From Octopus bimaculoides (lineage: Eukaryota), in NCBI RefSeq assembly GCF_001194135.2, contig NC_068987.1, positions 23,633,051 to 23,689,192 of the forward strand: a stretch of 56,142 nucleotides of DNA. The letters are read 5' to 3'. Below the pieces are notes generated by a model that was given only the letters and a program-made list of their open reading frames with translations, did not search any database and was not told the DNA's origin. Position numbers and translations under genes: made by a program. Shown here one piece after another: positions 52,240 through 56,142 of the stretch. Position 1 is the stretch's first letter. Each line of letters starts with the position of its first letter.

Positions 52240-53162
52240 GAAATGTCCAAGCTCCATTTCATTTGTTGAATTAATACTCATATATTTTCTCTTTCACTNN
52301 NNNNNNNNNNNNNNNNNNNNNNNNNNNNNNNNNNNNNNNNNNNNNNNNNNNNNNNNNNNNNNNNNNNNNNNNNNNNNNNNNNNNNNNNNNNNNNNNNNNN
52401 NNNNNNNNNNNNNNNNNNNNNNNNNNNNNNNNNNNNNNNNNNNNNNNNNNNNNNNNNNNNNNNNNNNNNNNNNNNNNNNNNNNNNNNNNNNNNNNNNNNN
52501 NNNNNNNNNNNNNNNNNNNNNNNNNNNNNNNNNNNNNNNNNNNNNNNNNNNNNNNNNNNNNNNNNNNNNNNNNNNNNNNNNNNNNNNNNNNNNNNNNNNN
52601 NNNNNNNNNNNNNNNNNNNNNNNNNNNNNNNNNNNNNNNNNNNNNNNNNNNNNNNNNNNNNNNNNNNNNNNNNNNNNNNNNNNNNNNNNNNNNNNNNNNN
52701 NNNNNNNNNNNNNNNNNNNNNNNNNNNNNNNNNNNNNNNNNNNNNNNNNNNNNNNNNNNNNNNNNNNNNNNNNNNNNNNNNNNNNNNNNNNNNNNNNNNN
52801 NNNNNNNNNNNNNNNNNNNNNNNNNNNNNNNNNNNNNNNNNNNNNNNNNNNNNNNNNNNNNNNNNNNNNNNNNNNNNNNNNNNNNNNNNNNNNNNNNNNN
52901 NNNNNNNNNNNNNNNNNNNNNNNNNNNNNNNNNNNNNNNNNNNNNNNNNNNNNNNNNNNNNNNNNNNNNNNNNNNNNNNNNNNNNNNNNNNNNNNNNNNN
53001 NNNNNNNNNNNNNNNNNNNNNNNNNNNNNNNNNNNNNNNNNNNNNNNNNNNNNNNNNNNNNNNNNNNNNNNNNNNNNNNNNNNNNNNNNNNNNNNNNNNN
53101 NNNNNNNNNNNNNNNNNNNNNNNNNNNNNNNNNNNNNNNNNNNNNNNNNNNNNNNNNNNNNN

Positions 53163-53326
53163 AGGACATACGTAAGCTCGCAAGGAATGAAGCCAGTATG
53201 CTCCGTTGGATGTGTAAAGTCAATGTGAATACCCGTCAGAGTGTAAGTATCTTGAGAGAAAAGCTGAACATTAGAAGCATCAGTTGTGGTGTGCAAGAGA
53301 GACGATTGCGCTGGTATGGACATGTG
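53163..53326 (+). mobile_element. RTE-clade LINE ORF2 C-terminal fragment
   Basis: DIRKLARNEASMLRWMC..LREKLNIRSI..VQERRLRWYGHV, a typical post-RT RTE motif. Confidence 0.8.
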
Positions 53327-53624
53327 TCACCCGCACAAGAGCCAGTCCAGGGGCACTGGCAACGATCCCGCTCGAAAGATTTCATGTGTCGCCCGCACAT
53401 GAGCCAGTCCAGGAGCACTGGCAACGATCTCACTCAAAAATCCTACGACTGCCCTGCACAAGAGCCAGTTCAGGGGCACGGCAATGATCTATTTCTATTT
53501 CACTTGCCTCAACAGGTCTTCGTAAGTGGGGTTTAGTGTCCAATTTAATTTAACTCGATTTCGATTTCACTTGTCTCAACAGGCCTACGCAGTGGAGTTT
53601 AGTGTCCAACTTAACTTGATTTCG
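53322..53624 (-). mobile_element. RTE-type 3'-UTR tandem-repeat segment in opposite orientation
   Basis: Reverse complement of TGCCAGTGCCC..GGACTGGCTCTTGTG.GGGTG seen at 2320-2420; three ~62-bp units plus two ~69-bp units. Confidence 0.65.
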
Positions 53625-54045
53625 NNNNNNNNNNNNNNNNNNNNNNNNNNNNNNNNNNNNNNNNNNNNNNNNNNNNNNNNNNNNNNNNNNNNNNNNNNNN
53701 NNNNNNNNNNNNNNNNNNNNNNNNACACTTCGGCATAAATAGTTTGAGATTTGGTTCAGTAGAAAAAAAGTTACCTCAAAATATCTGCAACTTCAAATGG
53801 GGCAGTAAGGCACCTATTCACCTTCAATTAACATAAACTTTTTAATTTTAAATTAAAAGTATACCTTTCTTAGGCTTAAATTATAGAAAAATGCATGAGG
53901 AATTCTGAATCACTAATCGCATTGCACAAAATTTAGTAGAAGAGGTAAAATGTTACGAAATTTCATGTCAGTAAGTAAGAGAGTAAGGGAATAACGCTTC
54001 AGCTATAAGAATAAAGAATATATTTTTAAAATCAATATTTACTTC

Positions 54046-54494
54046 CTAAGGCGGCGAGCTGGCAAAAATGTTAGTGTGTCAGGTGACTGCTTAATGCTAT
54101 TTTGTATGTCTTTATGTTTTTGAGTTCAAATTTCGCCAAGGTCGACTTTGACATACAGATTTATTTAATTAATTTTTTAACTAAACACTTTCAAACTTCC
54201 AATACTGGTAGAATATGTCTCATAGAACAGGGTTTATTCTTAATGTTTTTGACAAAACTTTGTATTTTAGAAGTGGTATTTCGTCTGTCTTTACGTTCTA
54301 AGTTCAAATTCCGCCGAGGTCAACTTTGCCTTTCATCCATTTTGGATCTATTCAATTAGACGTACAGATTATTTAATTAATTTTTTTTTAACTAAACACT
54401 TTCAGACTTCCAATACTGTTACAATGTGTCACATAGAACAGGGTTTACTCTTAACGTTTTTGACAAAATTTTGTATTTTAGAAGTTATTTCGTC
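54046..54494 (+). repeat. Tandem duplication (~209-bp period) of a SINE fragment plus unique flank
   Basis: 54151-54273 matches 54360-54484; each copy is preceded by a Meta-like SINE piece. Confidence 0.8.
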
Positions 54495-54992
54495 AAAAGT
54501 TACAGAGTGACAATGGACAAATTCATGTTTGATAAATGCCAATACACGACACTCTCTACTTTTGACTTACTCTCTAACTTCTGCCGATGAAATGTATACA
54601 TATTACATATATGTATAAAAAAATCACACCATGCAGTTGAACCAATGAAAGAGCCTTTACCTGGTCACTCAACACGCTAAAAATAGCAGCCAAAGTATTC
54701 CCCTACCTAAATCATACACCCATTGTATGTACTGTCCTAGATTATCCCTAAAAAGATGGTTTGCTGAAGGCTGGAATGTTTTTGATGATACGTTTGCAGT
54801 ATCAGGATTTATTTGAGGCTAAATAACAACAATTTCTATATTGACACCCACATGATTTTCACTAAGAAAGAAATTTGATTTTTTGCGTGGAATCAAGTAC
54901 CCTGACCTCCTAATATGCTGCAAATCCCTTATTTTGGTTCAGAAAAAAATGAGGTGGGGGTTCTCCCCACCCCACCCCACCCTGATCCCAGA

Positions 54993-55047
<55 letters not shown>
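54993..55047. repeat. (GATA)n microsatellite
   Basis: Pure ATAG run; similar (TATC)n at 20047-20100 and (GATA/GACA)n at 18745-18860. Confidence 0.95.
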
Positions 55048-55048
<1 letters not shown>

Positions 55049-55069
55049 AGGCATATATACAATGCACTT

Positions 55070-55205
55070 CTTAGAATTTCAATCCACCAAATTCACTCAC
55101 AAGGCTTTGTTCAGCCTGGGGCTATATTAGAAGGCACTTACCCAAGGTGCCCTGCAGTGAGACTGAACCAGAAACCATGTGGTTGGGAAGCATATTTGTT
55201 TACCA
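55070..55205 (-). mobile_element. 5' half of the dominant SINE
   Basis: CACTCACAAGGCTTTG..CCCAAGGTGCC..GACTGAACCAGAAACCATGTGGTTGG. Confidence 0.75.
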
Positions 55206-55893
55206 CACACGCACACACACATACACACACACACACACACACATACACACACCTACACATACCTACACACACACACACATGATATATTTTTACATGTGTG
55301 TGTGTGTGCATGTTTGTGTGTGAACTTCATTTGAATATATAAAATTTAATTAGTGTAAAATTTTACTTATGTGATAGGGTCCAGTAAAGGCATCATAAGC
55401 AATACTAACATGCTCCTTTAAGAATCAACAAATGCTAGTCTGTCCCCCTCACATTTTAAGGCAACTGAGGACCCTGGTCTACCACTTACCCCATTTTCTC
55501 CCCACCATTCCACAAATAATATTTTTCTCAAAACTATCATCTTCTTATATGATATATCCAAAAATACTTCAGCTCCAGTTACATGGTTTGGTTAAATAAT
55601 GACTCACTTTCTTCTATTTCTTGTAAAGTTGATTTGGTTGTGTAGTTTTCAGTTCAAGAAATTCTAAGCATTTTTCTCTAGCACTGCATTTCAAAAGCTT
55701 CAATTCTTTTCTGGTTAGTTTTATTAATAATTTACATTCCTGTTCCTAGACTCCAATTACAAAGGCAAATATGTTTGTAACTGTTAGACTGTGACTATTA
55801 CATTGGTGCCTACAAAATGGTGCCTACAAAATCTAACACCCAGTGGGTGTTGGATATATTTTGTAATTTTTTTAAAAGTCATTTGTTAACATA

Positions 55894-56045
55894 GGCGAGG
55901 CATAGATGTGTGGTAAAATGCTTGCTTCCCAACCACATGGTTCTGGGTTCAGTCCCACTGCATGGCACCTTGGGCAAATATCTTATACTATAGCTTCAGG
56001 TTGACCAAAGCCTTGTGAGTGGATTTGGTAAACAGAAACTGAAAC
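55894..56045 (+). mobile_element. 5' half of the dominant SINE
   Basis: CTTGCTTCCCAACCACATGGTTCTGGGTTCAGTCCCACTGCATGGCACCTTGGGCAA..GTGAGTGGATTTGGTA. Confidence 0.8.
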
Positions 56046-56069
56046 ACCATGATGGATCACTAGTCACTA

Positions 56070-56142
56070 AATCTTTTTTATTTTCTCTCCTTGTTTATTT
56101 CTGTGTTCCTTTCTGTCGAAGAGTGTAGGCTCAAAACGTAAA
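56070..56142 (+). repeat. Penelope-type LTR-like fragment with a decayed hammerhead (56113-56140), cut by the window end
   Basis: TT-CTGTCGA-A-GAGT-GTAG-GCTC-AAAA-CGTA/AA; lesions A6>T and G12>A. Confidence 0.45.

Noticed and set aside
53334-53490. CRISPR-like pattern: three ~34-bp repeats (CACAAGAGCCAGTCCAGGGGCACTGGCAACGATC) with ~28-nt variable spacers
   Set aside because: The same units occur in the RTE-type 3' UTR at 2320-2420; the context is eukaryotic, with no cas genes and degenerate repeats.

Overview
Eukaryotic, AT-rich, microsatellite-saturated genomic window. The repeat landscape (tRNA-SINEs with internal (CA/TA)n, RTE 3' ends with (GAT)n tails) looks like an octopus/cephalopod draft assembly; this is an inference from repeat recognition, not a database hit. 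There are 13 N-gaps: 7616-8378, 9505-9587, 12733-13052, 14677-15075, 20164-20782, 21608-22583, 36061-36379, 37371-37629, 42288-43118, 43896-44391, 45196-45886, 52299-53162, 53625-53724. One host gene is supported, on the + strand. Two coding exons (19343-19942 and 50808-52178) join in phase 0 across a 30.9-kb GT-AG intron into a ~656-aa CABIT-domain (THEMIS/GAREM/Serrano-like) adaptor with a PPVPPR motif and several Tyr motifs. The rest is transposon-derived: a near full-length decayed R4/Dong-type RLE LINE (26.6-30.5 kb, -) carrying a perfect 100-bp palindrome, a second R4-type fragment, a HERO-like 3' end, Tc1, two mariner relics (one with two 5' ends), a Gypsy gag-protease relic, RTE fragments, a hAT MITE and several SINE families. 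The most notable unannotated signal is a set of minimal type-I hammerhead-ribozyme motifs (CTGANGA...GAAAC-AGCT-GTA or GAAAC-GTH, the type known from Penelope-like elements). Several sit inside long fold-back repeats, one of which is flanked by a 15-bp direct repeat. One or two have an intact core; most others carry CpG-type lesions in the catalytic core. No CRISPR, rRNA or true tRNA genes are supported. All folds and alignments were done by eye; boundaries of degenerate repeats are approximate.
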